DNA of 64,000 nt from Chitinophagaceae bacterium (GCA_031402615.1 JANNSN010000015.1:20738-84737), one strand, 5' to 3'; counted from the stretch's first letter, positions 29,623 through 40,233 are shown. The notes: generated by a model from the letters alone, not told the origin. Translations and numbers: made by a program.

Positions 29623-29630
29623 TACTTTTG
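29623..29630 (+). promoter_or_regulatory. -7 promoter box TACTTTTG, 4 nt upstream of the folD ATG
   Basis: Exact TAnnTTTG ends at 29630 and the ATG is at 29635. Confidence 0.55.
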
Positions 29631-29634
29631 CGGC

Positions 29635-30513
29635 ATGCAAATTTTAGATGGCAAGATCGTTTCTCAATCGGTTAAAGAAAAAATTAAAGAAAAAACCTCG
29701 CTTTTTAAAACCCCGGACCATAAAAAACCTCACCTGGCTGCCATATTGGTTGGCAGCAATGGTGCCAGTGAAACCTATGTGGCCAGCAAGGTAAAAAATT
29801 GCGAAGAAGTTGGTTTTAAAAGCAGCCTGATCCGTTTTGATGAAAATACCGGTGAAGCTGAACTGATTGCGGCCATAGAAAAGCTGAACAGCGATGAGGA
29901 CGTGGACGGTATCCTGGTTCAATTGCCGCTGCCGGAGCAGGTTGATGAAGAAAAAATAATCAATATCATTCATCCCGGTAAAGATGTGGATGGTTTTCAC
30001 CCGATGAGCATTGGCAAAATGGTGCAGGGATTGCCCACTTTTATTCCGGCAACACCGTATGGCATCTTGTTGATGCTGGAACATTATCAAATAGAAACCA
30101 GTGGAAAACATGCCGTGGTTATTGGCCGCAGTAATATCGTTGGACGGCCCATCAGTATCCTGCTGAGCAGGAATACCTATCCCGGAAACTGCACAGTAAC
30201 CCTTTGCCATAGCCGCACAAAAAACCTGAAGGAGATCTGCCTGCAGGCCGACATCCTTGTGGCGGCATTGGGAATACCTGAATTTTTAAAAGCCGATATG
30301 GTAAAAGATGGCGCGGTTGTTATTGACGTGGGAATTACCCGGGTTAAAGACGAATCAAAAAAATCGGGCTTTGCACTAAAAGGCGATGTTGATTTTGCAA
30401 ACGTGTCGCTCAAATGCAGTTATATAACGCCGGTACCGGGAGGCGTAGGGCTGATGACCATTGCTGCTTTGCTGATGAATACATTTACCGCCTTTGAAAA
30501 TAAATACAAATAA
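29635..30513 (+). CDS. folD: Bifunctional methylenetetrahydrofolate dehydrogenase/cyclohydrolase
   Basis: 292 aa. Contains [35 protein letters not shown] and [10 protein letters not shown]. Confidence 0.95.
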   Translation: MQILDGKIVSQSVKEKIKEKTSLFKTPDHKKPHLAAILVGSNGASETYVASKVKNCEEVGFKSSLIRFDENTGEAELIAAIEKLNSDEDVDGILVQLPLPEQVDEEKIINIIHPGKDVDGFHPMSIGKMVQGLPTFIPATPYGILLMLEHYQIETSGKHAVVIGRSNIVGRPISILLSRNTYPGNCTVTLCHSRTKNLKEICLQADILVAALGIPEFLKADMVKDGAVVIDVGITRVKDESKKSGFALKGDVDFANVSLKCSYITPVPGGVGLMTIAALLMNTFTAFENKYK

Positions 30514-30537
30514 ACAGCGATCTTTTCTTTATACAAA

Positions 30538-31191
30538 ATGATTCAAACCACAAATACCGGTGCTGCCGCACTTCCTGTAATGGAGCATTTTTATACCATC
30601 CAGGGAGAAGGCTTTCACCAGGGCCGGGCTGCCTATTTCATCCGCCTGGGCGGATGCGATGTGGGCTGTGTGTGGTGCGATGTAAAGGACAGCTGGGATA
30701 TGGAATCTCATGCGAAAATGGCTGTTGGCGAAATAGTAAATGCGGTGCTTAAAAACTCCTCTCCGTTTGCCGGCAAAAGGGGTAAAAAGGGGGCCCTTGT
30801 CGTTATCACGGGTGGTGAGCCGCTGATGCACAACCTGGATGATCTCACTGCAGCGCTTCAATCAAAAGGATTTGAAACCAATATCGAAACATCCGGCGCC
30901 CATCCGCTGAGTGGCAGTTGGGATTGGATCTGTTTATCTCCAAAAAAATTTAAAGCGCCCCTGCCCGGTATTTTACCACTTGCCCACGAATTAAAAGTGG
31001 TGATCTTCAATCCATCTGATTTCGCCTGGGCCGAACAATATGCCGCATTGGTTTCTCCAACCTGCAAATTATACCTGCAACCGGAGTGGGAAAAAGCATC
31101 CGTTGTTACGCCCATGATGATCGAATATATCAAACAATATCCCCGGTGGGAATTATCGTTGCAGTTGCACAAGTACATCCAGGTTCCATAA
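30538..31191 (+). CDS. queE: 7-carboxy-7-deazaguanine synthase (radical SAM)
   Basis: 217 aa. Contains FYTIQGEG...G, the CDVGCVWCD cluster motif and ITGGEP. Confidence 0.85.
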   Translation: MIQTTNTGAAALPVMEHFYTIQGEGFHQGRAAYFIRLGGCDVGCVWCDVKDSWDMESHAKMAVGEIVNAVLKNSSPFAGKRGKKGALVVITGGEPLMHNLDDLTAALQSKGFETNIETSGAHPLSGSWDWICLSPKKFKAPLPGILPLAHELKVVIFNPSDFAWAEQYAALVSPTCKLYLQPEWEKASVVTPMMIEYIKQYPRWELSLQLHKYIQVP

Positions 31192-31265
31192 AAGAAAATG
31201 TTATATTTCGGCGTGCAGCATAAACCGGCACTCTTTTCGTTTTAACTTCACTATTATTTTAAAAA

Positions 31266-33197
31266 ATGTTGAACATCAAAAAAAAAGCTTCCGGATTAAT
31301 ATTTTTGTACATCGCACTTCTTACATCTAACATGTGTATTGCACAATGGTACGATCCCGAAAAAGTAAATAAAAAAGCCGGTGACATTTACGGCCAGGCT
31401 TATGAGCAGGCTACATCCGGCAATTATTCCGTTGCTTTAAAATATCTTGAACAGGCATTGGCACTTGATCCAAAATTTGTAGACGTTTTTTTATCCCGTG
31501 CGGGTATTTATGCCGAATTGAAAAACTATGCGGCCTCGGTTTCAGATTTTGAAACCGGTATGCGGATGGATTCTGTGTATTCAAAAACCTATTTGCTACC
31601 CTACTCTATTTCACTGGCAGGCGTTGGAAGATTTCAACAGGCACTGGATGCGGTTAATGCATTTCTGGCTAACCCCAACTTAAACATCCAGAGTATTAAA
31701 GCGGGGAACTACCGAAAATCAACATACGGTTTTGCTGTTGACTATGAAAAAAAACATTCCTCCAAAGACTATGTTTTTGCACCCATTAATTTAGGTGCCG
31801 GCATTAACACAACCGATCTCGAATATTTTCCTTCCCTAACCATTGATGGCAGCAAAATGATCTTTACCCGGCGGGTTGCCGGTGATGAAGATTTTTATGA
31901 AAGCGATTTTAAGGATGGTCAATGGACCGAAGCAAAGGCGCTTGGAGGAAAGGTAAATACCAACTTAAATGAAGGTGCACAAAACATTTCGCAGGACGGC
32001 CAGTTGCTGATCTTTACGGGTTGCAATTATCCCGAAGGCCAGGGCAGTTGTGATCTGTATTTTTCTGTGCGAACCAACAACGGCTGGAGCGAACCACAAA
32101 ATCTGGGGCCGCTGGTGAATACCGATTTTTGGGAGTCCTCCCCATCCTTATCACCTGATAAAAGGGACCTGTATTTTGCCAGCAGCATGGCCGGTGGTTT
32201 TGGCGGACGGGATATATGGGCAACACACCGTTTACCAACGGGCAAGTGGAGCCGCCCCGAAAATTTAGGCGAAGCAGTTAATACCAGCGGCGATGAAAGC
32301 TGCCCGTTCATGCATGCAGATAATGAAACGCTTTATTTCAACAGTAATGGTCATCCCGGTTACGGCATGACGGACCTGTTTTTCAGCAAAAAAATCAGTG
32401 ACAGCAGCTGGCAAATGGCGCAAAACCTGGGTTATCCCATCAATACAATCGACGACCAGGGCTCTCTGATTGTTGCGGCAGATGGCAGCACAGCTTATTA
32501 TGCCAGTGACGGAACAGATACCAAAGGTGGTCTTGACCTGTACTCGTTTCAGTTAAGAGAAAATATCAGGCCGCTAAAAACATGGTGGGTAAAGGGTAAA
32601 GTGTTCGATAAAAAAACCAGGGAAGGTTTGCCTTCTGCTATGGAATTAAATGAAATAAAAACCGGTCGTTTAATCAGCAAGGTGCAAACGGATGAAGATG
32701 GGTATTACCTGGTTACCTTACCCTTCGGAAAAAATTACGCATTCAATGTGAACCGGCGTGGCTACCTGTTTTATTCTGATAATTTTTCACTTACGGGTAA
32801 CCAGGCTGATTCTGTTTTTATAGTTAACATTCCACTGCAGCCTATTGAAAAAGGAGCAGCCATTGTGTTAAAGAATATTTTTTTCGAGACAGGCAAATTT
32901 GAATTGCAGAACGAATCAAGATCAGAGCTTGACCAACTCGTAACGCTGTTGCATGACAACCCGAATTTAAAAATTCAGATTGCCGGGCATACAGACAATG
33001 TTGGGCAGGAAAAAGACAACCAATTACTCTCCACCAACCGGGCCAAATCGGTGGTTGATTATTTATTAAACCATGCAGTTAATGCACAAAGACTTACCTA
33101 CAAAGGTTTTGGTTCTTCCAAACCAGTTGCTGATAATTCGGGCGAACAGGGCAGAGCTTTAAACAGAAGAACAGAGCTTTCCATTACCGGGAATTAA
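31266..33197 (+). CDS. OmpA-family protein with TPR, PD40/TolB-like repeats and a carboxypeptidase-regulatory-like domain
   Basis: 643 aa. Signal peptide. PD40-like repeats (ESSPSLSPDKRDLYFAS). C-terminal OmpA domain (GHTDNVG...NQ.LS..RA..V..YL, NRRTEL). Confidence 0.85.
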   Translation: MLNIKKKASGLIFLYIALLTSNMCIAQWYDPEKVNKKAGDIYGQAYEQATSGNYSVALKYLEQALALDPKFVDVFLSRAGIYAELKNYAASVSDFETGMRMDSVYSKTYLLPYSISLAGVGRFQQALDAVNAFLANPNLNIQSIKAGNYRKSTYGFAVDYEKKHSSKDYVFAPINLGAGINTTDLEYFPSLTIDGSKMIFTRRVAGDEDFYESDFKDGQWTEAKALGGKVNTNLNEGAQNISQDGQLLIFTGCNYPEGQGSCDLYFSVRTNNGWSEPQNLGPLVNTDFWESSPSLSPDKRDLYFASSMAGGFGGRDIWATHRLPTGKWSRPENLGEAVNTSGDESCPFMHADNETLYFNSNGHPGYGMTDLFFSKKISDSSWQMAQNLGYPINTIDDQGSLIVAADGSTAYYASDGTDTKGGLDLYSFQLRENIRPLKTWWVKGKVFDKKTREGLPSAMELNEIKTGRLISKVQTDEDGYYLVTLPFGKNYAFNVNRRGYLFYSDNFSLTGNQADSVFIVNIPLQPIEKGAAIVLKNIFFETGKFELQNESRSELDQLVTLLHDNPNLKIQIAGHTDNVGQEKDNQLLSTNRAKSVVDYLLNHAVNAQRLTYKGFGSSKPVADNSGEQGRALNRRTELSITGN

Positions 33198-33239
33198 ATA
33201 TTTTAATTATTATTGTTGTTCATAATCCCCGTATCGTGT

Positions 33240-34340
33240 ATGAACAATGATCTCGTATACCAAATTGCCCTCACACAAATACCCAATATTGGCGACGTAC
33301 AAGCCAAGGCATTAATAGCTTTTTTTGGCAATGCGCAATCCATTTTTAAGGCAAAGAGAAAAGAACTGGACAGCCTGGAAGGCATTGGCACCGTAAGGGC
33401 CAGATCAATCAAGGATTTTACCGATTTCAGCAGTGCCGAAGCAGAATCAAAATTCGTCGAAAAATATAAGATTACGCCGCTTTTTATAACGGATGAAAAA
33501 TACCCTAAACGATTATTAAACTGCTACGACAGTCCGGCCATGCTTTACTACCGCGGCAATGCCGATTTAAATAATTCCAAAATTATTTCTGTTGTTGGCA
33601 CCCGAAATAATTCTGATTATGGCAAAATGGTTTGCGAAAAATTTATTGAAGAGTTGCAATCAGAAAATATGGTGGTGGTCAGCGGGCTGGCATTTGGTAT
33701 TGATACTTTTGCGCACCGCGCAGCCTTGAAATGTAACCTGCCAACAGTTGCCGTACTTGCTCACGGGCTCGACAGGATCTATCCTCCGCAAAACAAATCA
33801 CTGGCAAAACACATAACAGAACAGGGTGGTTTATTAACCGAATTTATAAGCAATACCAACCCCGACAAACAAAATTTTCCGAAACGAAATCGTATTGTTG
33901 CGGGCTTATGCGACGCCATCATTGTTATTGAAAGTGGCAAAAAAGGAGGATCCCTGATTACTGCCGAATTGGGTAACGGGTATAATAAAGATGTGTTTGC
34001 GATTCCGGGCCGCACCAGTGATCCCAAAAGCGAGGGTTGTAATTATCTCATTAAGAACAATAAGGCGGCTTTAATTGATTCGGCTGACGATTTTTTAAAC
34101 ATGATGAACTGGAAAACGGTAGCAAAACCTTCCCCAAAAAAACAACGGGAATTATTTATTGAACTTTTACCCGATGAAAAGATCGTAGTAGATATTCTTC
34201 AACAACAGGATGGGATCCAAATAGATCAACTGTATTTTAAAAGCGGGTTAAGCAGCAGTGCGGTGGCTACTGCCCTGCTGATGCTGGAAATGCAGGGGGT
34301 AGTGGCTTCTTTACCCGGAAAGGTTTATAAGCTTCTTTAA
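33240..34340 (+). CDS. dprA: DNA-processing protein DprA
   Basis: ATG 33240 is preferred (MNNDLVYQIALTQIPNIGD). Contains VVGTRN.S.YG, SGLAFGIDT.AHR and FP.RNRI.AGL. Confidence 0.88.
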   Translation: MNNDLVYQIALTQIPNIGDVQAKALIAFFGNAQSIFKAKRKELDSLEGIGTVRARSIKDFTDFSSAEAESKFVEKYKITPLFITDEKYPKRLLNCYDSPAMLYYRGNADLNNSKIISVVGTRNNSDYGKMVCEKFIEELQSENMVVVSGLAFGIDTFAHRAALKCNLPTVAVLAHGLDRIYPPQNKSLAKHITEQGGLLTEFISNTNPDKQNFPKRNRIVAGLCDAIIVIESGKKGGSLITAELGNGYNKDVFAIPGRTSDPKSEGCNYLIKNNKAALIDSADDFLNMMNWKTVAKPSPKKQRELFIELLPDEKIVVDILQQQDGIQIDQLYFKSGLSSSAVATALLMLEMQGVVASLPGKVYKLL

Positions 34341-34542
34341 ATTATCACCATAATTGCCAGTTAATTAAAAACCGGATTTCTTCAGGATTAAAGGAATTTC
34401 TACCCATTTCAGGCGCATCTCTCATATGCCCTCAATTGAGTGATTTGAATTTAATAAAACACAGCATACTTTTGCTATTTATTAAACGGGGCGAAAATTT
34501 AACGGGCTGCATTAGTAAAGCATCCAGGCGAAATATAGTAAC

Positions 34543-37521
34543 ATGAAAAAATGGTTATGTTTCATAGCTTTTGTTTCAGTAAGGTTTATTTACTGTGTAG
34601 TGCTCATTGTTTTTTTTCCTTTTTTTACTCAGGCACAGGAGTTATCAGTAAGATTATATACTGCAAAGGATGGACTGCCCTCTACCTATGTCTATGGCTC
34701 CTACCAGGATAAATTGGGTTACTTATGGGTGGGTACACCCGAAGGGCTTAGCCGTTTTGACGGAAAGTATTTTACTAATTATGGGTTATCTGATGGATTA
34801 CCGGATATAAGAACTTTTGGTGGATTTATGGATAGCCGTTTGCGATATTGGGCAGCAACTGCCAGGGGCGTGGTGGAATTTAAAGGAAACAGGTTCATTA
34901 ATTATCCGTTGTCAGATTCTCAAAACATACGCTGGGTTTTTCAAATCTTTGAAACTAAAAATGGCCAGGTATGGTCGGTTACTGATATGGGTGTATACCA
35001 GTTTAATGTAAACAAATGGGAAAAAATAAAATTATATCCCGGCTATGTGAATCATGCATGCAGGAGTATTCTTGAAACAAACGATGGTTTATATATTAAT
35101 TATGGAGATTTGCTGGTATTGAAAAAGCCAACAGGTACTTTTAAAATTATAGGACCATTAAAATCCCTTGGGTATTATTATAATACTTTAATCAGATCAA
35201 AGGATGAAATTTTCATCTCAACACTGAATGGAATTTATGTAATCAAAAATCAACAATTAATAAGGCTGCCCGGGATACCCGGCAGATTAAGAGGAATATT
35301 CTCTTACTTCGTTGACAGCAAAAAAAGGGCTTGGTTTGTAAACAATGAATCGGGTATAAATGTAACGGCCGCCTCCGATAATACTAATATCAAATTGGTA
35401 TATAAACCGCCGTTAGATATTATTCCACAGTTTATTTCTGAGGATAACCAGGCCAATATCTGGATTGCTTGTGGAATTGGTTTGTTAAGAATATCAGATC
35501 CAGGATTTAAAACGTATGAGGTTTCTGCATTTGGCGGAAAAGGTATATATAATGTTTTACAACCTCCAACAGGCCCAATTCTGATCAATAATGGCAGCCT
35601 TACGATTCAGGCCTTTGAAAATGGCATATTCACCGAAAGAAAGTTACAAAAAAAAGGAGCTGCTCTTACATTAAATAATGAATTGATAATTGATGATTAT
35701 GCTTTTGATAATAAAGGCCGTTATTGGTATAATTTGAGAGGATGGGTATTAGCCATGCAGGATGGCAATAAACTATATGAACAAAACAGCAGGTTGGCAC
35801 ATTTAGGTGACCAGGTATTTGATGTGTTGTTTGACAGGTACAGAAACAAAATTATCATGGCAGTCAGAACACAAAATTTTCCTTGCCAGTATTACGATTC
35901 ATCCTTCAGTGTACTACCTATTGCCAATAATATAAATATAAAAGGTGAAATAAGACGTTTGCATCAATGTGAAGATGGCACCATTTTATTAGCAACCGAC
36001 GGTGGCTTAATCTATTCGATAGATAAACAAAATATTTGCAGGCTGCAATTAAACGAATTCAGTACTGAAGTGGTGATCAGCAGATTTTATAATGATCCGT
36101 CAGGTGATACCTGGATACTCTATAGTGGCCGGGGATTGCGGCGATATACCTGGCATCAGGGTTCTTTAACCTTTAAAGAACAAATAACCAAAGCCAATGG
36201 CTTATCTACCGACAATGTATCCTCCATGTGTTTTGATAATCAAAATAATTTATGGATTTCAACTAATTCGGATGTGGCTGTTTTTTCAAATAAAACGGAT
36301 GCAGAAAATGATCAGGGTTATGAAATCGTTAGTTTTTTTGATGCGGATAACCTTCAAATGGAAGGTGCTGTTGATGTGCAGATGATCAAAGATATCAATG
36401 GAAATATCTGGCGTTTTTCCCGTAAGAATTTAATATGCTTTTATCCTGATAAAGTAAATCATAAACCTCCTGCTCCAAACATTCAAATTGAAAATGTAGA
36501 ACTGAATCTTCGGCAAACCAATTGGGCCGTTTATGCAGATTCTTTATCCGGTATTTTTCAATTACCCTACAATCTTAAACTCACGCATGATAATAATAAT
36601 ATTGGCATCAATTTTAAAGGAATTTCATCATCGGGTACTGAGGGTATAAAATATTCGTACCAGCTGGAGGGATTACAAAATTCATGGAGTGTACCCGCTG
36701 CCAGCGACTTTGTATCTTTTGTAAATCTTTCCCCGGGCAAATACAATTTTAAGGTAAAAGCCCAATTACTCAACAGTAACTGGAGCGCCCCTGCCCTTTT
36801 TTCATTTACCATTAAAAAAGCATTCTGGCAAACCTGGTGGTTTTACCTGTTGGTTGGGATTGCTTTAGCAACAGGTATTTATATTTTATTCCGCTACCGG
36901 CTGACACAAAAACTAAAACTCATGGAGATCCGAAACAGGTTCAGCCAGGACCTGCACGATGAAATTGGCGCTTCCATGAGCGGCATTAACCTGTTCAGCC
37001 AGATGGCATCTGAAAAACTGCAACAGCGACAAACTGAAGAAGCTACCGAATATATCGATAAAGTAAAAAATTACACCCAGGACGTGATAGAAAAGCTGAG
37101 TGATATGGTCTGGATATTCAATCCGCAAAATGACAGCATTGAAAAACTGCTGGAACGGTTAAGATCCCTTACCCTTTCGATTGCTGCGTCAAAAAATATA
37201 CAGGTTCATTTTGAAACCGGTAAAGAAACGGAAACTATAAATTTAAGCATTAGACAACGCAAGGCCATTTACCTCATCAGTAAAGAAGCCATAAACAATA
37301 GTTTTAAATATGCAGCTTGCAGCAATATTCATTACAGTCTCAATAACACGGGTTCCAGATGGAGGCTGCAGATTAAGGATGACGGCGAAGGTTTTATACC
37401 GGCCGAAAATGAAACCGGCAATGGCTTAATTAATATGCAGGCAAGGGCGGCTGAGATCAATGCAATATTCAGCATCCAGTCTCAACCCGGTGACGGAACT
37501 AATATCATATTGGAATTTTAA
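34543..37521 (+). CDS. Sensor histidine kinase with periplasmic two-component-regulator propeller and Y_Y_Y domains, HisKA_3 and HATPase
   Basis: 992 aa. Propeller repeats (DGLPS..V, LWVGT..GL). Y_Y_Y domain (IKYSYQLEGLQNSWS). TM segment (WWFYLLVGIALATGIYILF). H-box (DLHDEIGASMSGI). ATPase motifs (DDGEGF, GNGLINM). Confidence 0.9.
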   Translation: MKKWLCFIAFVSVRFIYCVVLIVFFPFFTQAQELSVRLYTAKDGLPSTYVYGSYQDKLGYLWVGTPEGLSRFDGKYFTNYGLSDGLPDIRTFGGFMDSRLRYWAATARGVVEFKGNRFINYPLSDSQNIRWVFQIFETKNGQVWSVTDMGVYQFNVNKWEKIKLYPGYVNHACRSILETNDGLYINYGDLLVLKKPTGTFKIIGPLKSLGYYYNTLIRSKDEIFISTLNGIYVIKNQQLIRLPGIPGRLRGIFSYFVDSKKRAWFVNNESGINVTAASDNTNIKLVYKPPLDIIPQFISEDNQANIWIACGIGLLRISDPGFKTYEVSAFGGKGIYNVLQPPTGPILINNGSLTIQAFENGIFTERKLQKKGAALTLNNELIIDDYAFDNKGRYWYNLRGWVLAMQDGNKLYEQNSRLAHLGDQVFDVLFDRYRNKIIMAVRTQNFPCQYYDSSFSVLPIANNINIKGEIRRLHQCEDGTILLATDGGLIYSIDKQNICRLQLNEFSTEVVISRFYNDPSGDTWILYSGRGLRRYTWHQGSLTFKEQITKANGLSTDNVSSMCFDNQNNLWISTNSDVAVFSNKTDAENDQGYEIVSFFDADNLQMEGAVDVQMIKDINGNIWRFSRKNLICFYPDKVNHKPPAPNIQIENVELNLRQTNWAVYADSLSGIFQLPYNLKLTHDNNNIGINFKGISSSGTEGIKYSYQLEGLQNSWSVPAASDFVSFVNLSPGKYNFKVKAQLLNSNWSAPALFSFTIKKAFWQTWWFYLLVGIALATGIYILFRYRLTQKLKLMEIRNRFSQDLHDEIGASMSGINLFSQMASEKLQQRQTEEATEYIDKVKNYTQDVIEKLSDMVWIFNPQNDSIEKLLERLRSLTLSIAASKNIQVHFETGKETETINLSIRQRKAIYLISKEAINNSFKYAACSNIHYSLNNTGSRWRLQIKDDGEGFIPAENETGNGLINMQARAAEINAIFSIQSQPGDGTNIILEF

Positions 37522-37542
37522 ATACCCCCTTTTGAGGGTTAT
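37522..37542. promoter_or_regulatory. Imperfect palindrome ATACCCCC-TTTT-GAGGGTTAT (candidate NarL/LuxR-type operator), copy 1
   Basis: Begins immediately after the HK stop codon (37519-37521) and ends 21 nt upstream of the regulator's -7 box. Related copies are at 38283-38308 and 41648-41668, with a half-site at 40198-40210. Confidence 0.4.
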
Positions 37543-37563
37543 AAAAACAGCAGCAAATCAAAC

Positions 37564-37571
37564 TACATTTG
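37564..37571 (+). promoter_or_regulatory. -7 promoter box TACATTTG, 4 nt upstream of the response-regulator ATG
   Basis: Exact TAnnTTTG ends at 37571 and the ATG is at 37576. Confidence 0.55.
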
Positions 37572-37575
37572 TTAT

Positions 37576-38229
37576 ATGGACAACGCTAAACAAATACGGG
37601 TAGCCATTTTTGAAGATAATCCCATTATGATGGACGCTTACCGGTCCATCATCAATGGTTCGCCGGGTTTTACCTGTACCGGATCGTTTACCAGCTGTAA
37701 TAACTGGAAACATGATATTGACAAAAGTAAACCCGAAGTGGTGCTAATGGATATTGAAATGACGGGCATCAACGGGATAAAAGCAACCGGGCTCATTAAA
37801 AAATCGTTCCCCGATATAAAAATACTGATACAAACAGTTTTTGAAGATGATGCAAAAATATTTGAAGCGCTTTGTGCCGGCGCCAATGGATATATTTTAA
37901 AAAACACTTCGCCTGTAAAAATGCTGGAAGCCATTACCGATGTACAGAACGGAGGCGTTGCTTTTAACCCCAATATAGCAGCCAAAGTGACCAAACTCTT
38001 TCAGCAATTTATTGCGCCACTGGCAACAGTAACTGATTATCACCTCACAGAGCGGGAAACAGTTATTTTACAATTGCTTACCCAGGGCATGCCCATGCCC
38101 CGTATTGCAGAAAAAATATTTTTGAGTTATCACACCGTAAGGGATCACGTAAAAAACATTTACCAAAAACTGCACGTGGCTTCTGCTACCGAAGCAGTGG
38201 CCAAGGCACTGAAAGAAAAATTAGTGTAG
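37576..38229 (+). CDS. Response regulator, NarL/LuxR family (REC + HTH)
   Basis: 217 aa. REC domain (VVLMDIEMTGING, phospho-acceptor Asp). LuxR HTH (LTERETVILQLLTQGM...IAEKIFLSYHTVRDHVKNIYQKL). Confidence 0.92.
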   Translation: MDNAKQIRVAIFEDNPIMMDAYRSIINGSPGFTCTGSFTSCNNWKHDIDKSKPEVVLMDIEMTGINGIKATGLIKKSFPDIKILIQTVFEDDAKIFEALCAGANGYILKNTSPVKMLEAITDVQNGGVAFNPNIAAKVTKLFQQFIAPLATVTDYHLTERETVILQLLTQGMPMPRIAEKIFLSYHTVRDHVKNIYQKLHVASATEAVAKALKEKLV

Positions 38230-38269
38230 TTGGTTATTTACTGTCATTTCTTCTTAGAATATTTTATTC

Positions 38270-38302
38270 CCCTCATTTTATAAATACCCCCCAAATGAGG
38301 GG
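38270..38302 (+). terminator. 10-bp perfect hairpin CCCCTCATTT-N13-AAATGAGGGG after the regulator gene (terminator and/or operator)
   Basis: The arms at 38270-38279 and 38293-38302 are exact reverse complements. The loop and right arm carry the AATACCCCCC...TGAGGGGTTGTAT motif shared with 37522-37542. T-rich sequence follows. Confidence 0.55.
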
Positions 38303-38392
38303 TTGTATTGGTTTTACGCTGTACATAGTTTTACACTATCAATTTATCATAAAACCTATCTGCCGACAGGTAGGTATTTAAATCTTTAAAAA

Positions 38393-40153
38393 ATGAAAAA
38401 GATATTTTTCCTTGGATTAAGTCTTTTCTTCCTTTCACCCTTGTTGTTATACGGGCAAGAAGGATACCATAATAATCCAAAACCAATTTTAGCTACCAAT
38501 TTTATTAACACCGATATTAATGTAAACGACATTGGATGGGCAGATCCATTATGGACGAGTAAAATTTGTGCAGGAAAGGTCTGGTTAGCAAATGACCCCC
38601 CAAAGTATGAGTGGACTCCGATTATTAATCCTCGTGATGAACATAGCTCGATAGTAGGACTTAGCGGTGTCGCTTTGTATTGCCACAACTCAGAGGCTGA
38701 TGTACCTTTTACACATCCATTTGGACTTGATTATGGCTATTTAATAGTCCCGGATAAAAATTTTGAAAACCTCTTAGGGCCTTCCAATGGAATAACAAAT
38801 GAAGAAAGAAATATTGCAAGTTCACAAGCAAAAAACAATGGTATTCAAATTACAAAAGGGTATTTAGGAGTTGAACAGGAAGGCGGGCTTATACCAAATG
38901 AATACAGGGTTCAAAACTTTAGCCGTGTTGCTGTTTTTGGAAGATGGATAGTTGATTGCGCCCACGATAATTTCCTTACTGAAATACACCCGCCACTTCT
39001 TACAGCTTTTGCCCAGGCTGGTGCAGATACCAATGTGATAGCTACTTTGGATAATATGATAACACGTTCAAAAATCATTTCCTTACCATACTTAGTTAGT
39101 CAGGATTTCGAAAATGGTAGTTTAAGAACACAAATAGCAGGTGAAGTTTCCAAGGTAAAGATTGGTCTGGGGCCATTAATTCCACTAACACACCAGATGA
39201 AAGCAAAGCCTACTATTAAAAAACCTTTTTCAGGTATTCATATTTTTCAGTACACCCTTCGGCCGCCGGTTATACCTGATGCCCTATTGGGTATACCACA
39301 TAAGTATGACATATATGTTGAGTATCACTTTACGGTTCGTGATGGTATAACGATTCAAATTGCTCCAGATGGAACTGACGGAGTATTGGTAACAGTACTG
39401 ATGAATGATGTGAATTACCAAATGGATGAAAGCATTTTAAATAATAAGCGGAGAGATTGGAAAATTACTCCTGCTGTTATTGGTGAGTTCAATGGTGGCA
39501 TAGAAACAGTTTATAATGGATTGATAGGAGAAACATTTGCAGCTGATCCTGATCCTGTAAAAGCTGGCGTTTTAAGCAAAGGCTTTTTGTCAGATAAATA
39601 TGAACCTTTAACTATCTTAGAATCTGCTGAATTCCATAAAGGATTTATCAAAAACCTTAGTGGCAATACCAATGTTGCTGTTGATAATTTACAGCCATTC
39701 CCAATTTATGGTTGGATAAATGTTGGCTGGAAGGAACCTCAGATCTCAAAACATATTTTGTCTTCTCCATTGAATACAAATATCAGTGAAGTTTATTTTA
39801 CCTCTGCAAACATTTCCAAAACTCAACTTATTACTATCACTAACCCTTCTGGATCGCCTGTGCAAATTGGCCAGTTATCTATGGAAGGTGTAAATGCAAA
39901 GTCGTTTCATCTTCAAAATAAAGTAATAAAAATGGTGGTTGGTGGCGGGAAACAGGAAAATGAAGATTGCAGTAATACAACTTTAGGACCCTATAGCTCT
40001 TGTTCACTCCGCATTGCATGTTTAGATACCGGTTCACCTGATCCAAAAATATTAAATGCAGCTTTACATATACCTGCGTCAGGCTATGTTGATTTGGTAG
40101 TTCCTATTCAAGCGCAACAGGTGATAACTATGGGAGCCCGTCCTCGTTTTTAA
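38393..40153 (+). CDS. Secreted hypothetical protein: orphan N-terminal region plus choice-of-anchor-D/ASH-like beta-sandwich C-terminus
   Basis: 586 aa. Signal peptide (LLLYGQEG). I recognise no family for residues ~25-470. The C-terminal ~110 aa follows the pattern ITITNPSGSPVQIGQLSMEG..AKSFHL...C..TTLGPYSSCSLRIAC. Confidence 0.7.
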   Translation: MKKIFFLGLSLFFLSPLLLYGQEGYHNNPKPILATNFINTDINVNDIGWADPLWTSKICAGKVWLANDPPKYEWTPIINPRDEHSSIVGLSGVALYCHNSEADVPFTHPFGLDYGYLIVPDKNFENLLGPSNGITNEERNIASSQAKNNGIQITKGYLGVEQEGGLIPNEYRVQNFSRVAVFGRWIVDCAHDNFLTEIHPPLLTAFAQAGADTNVIATLDNMITRSKIISLPYLVSQDFENGSLRTQIAGEVSKVKIGLGPLIPLTHQMKAKPTIKKPFSGIHIFQYTLRPPVIPDALLGIPHKYDIYVEYHFTVRDGITIQIAPDGTDGVLVTVLMNDVNYQMDESILNNKRRDWKITPAVIGEFNGGIETVYNGLIGETFAADPDPVKAGVLSKGFLSDKYEPLTILESAEFHKGFIKNLSGNTNVAVDNLQPFPIYGWINVGWKEPQISKHILSSPLNTNISEVYFTSANISKTQLITITNPSGSPVQIGQLSMEGVNAKSFHLQNKVIKMVVGGGKQENEDCSNTTLGPYSSCSLRIACLDTGSPDPKILNAALHIPASGYVDLVVPIQAQQVITMGARPRF

Positions 40154-40233
40154 TAAGTGAAGAATGTACGAATTCCTCAAACAGAAACTCAGATAAGTAA
40201 CCCCTTTTTTCGATAACGATAAACTTTTAAAAA

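Noticed and set aside
29644-30210. 188-aa antisense ORF inside folD, and similar antisense or shadow ORFs elsewhere (for example 18810-19361, 183-491, 1533-1841, 2898-3266, 49028-49399)
   Set aside because: They lie fully within strongly supported genes on the opposite strand, have low-complexity or biased composition, and match no recognisable family.
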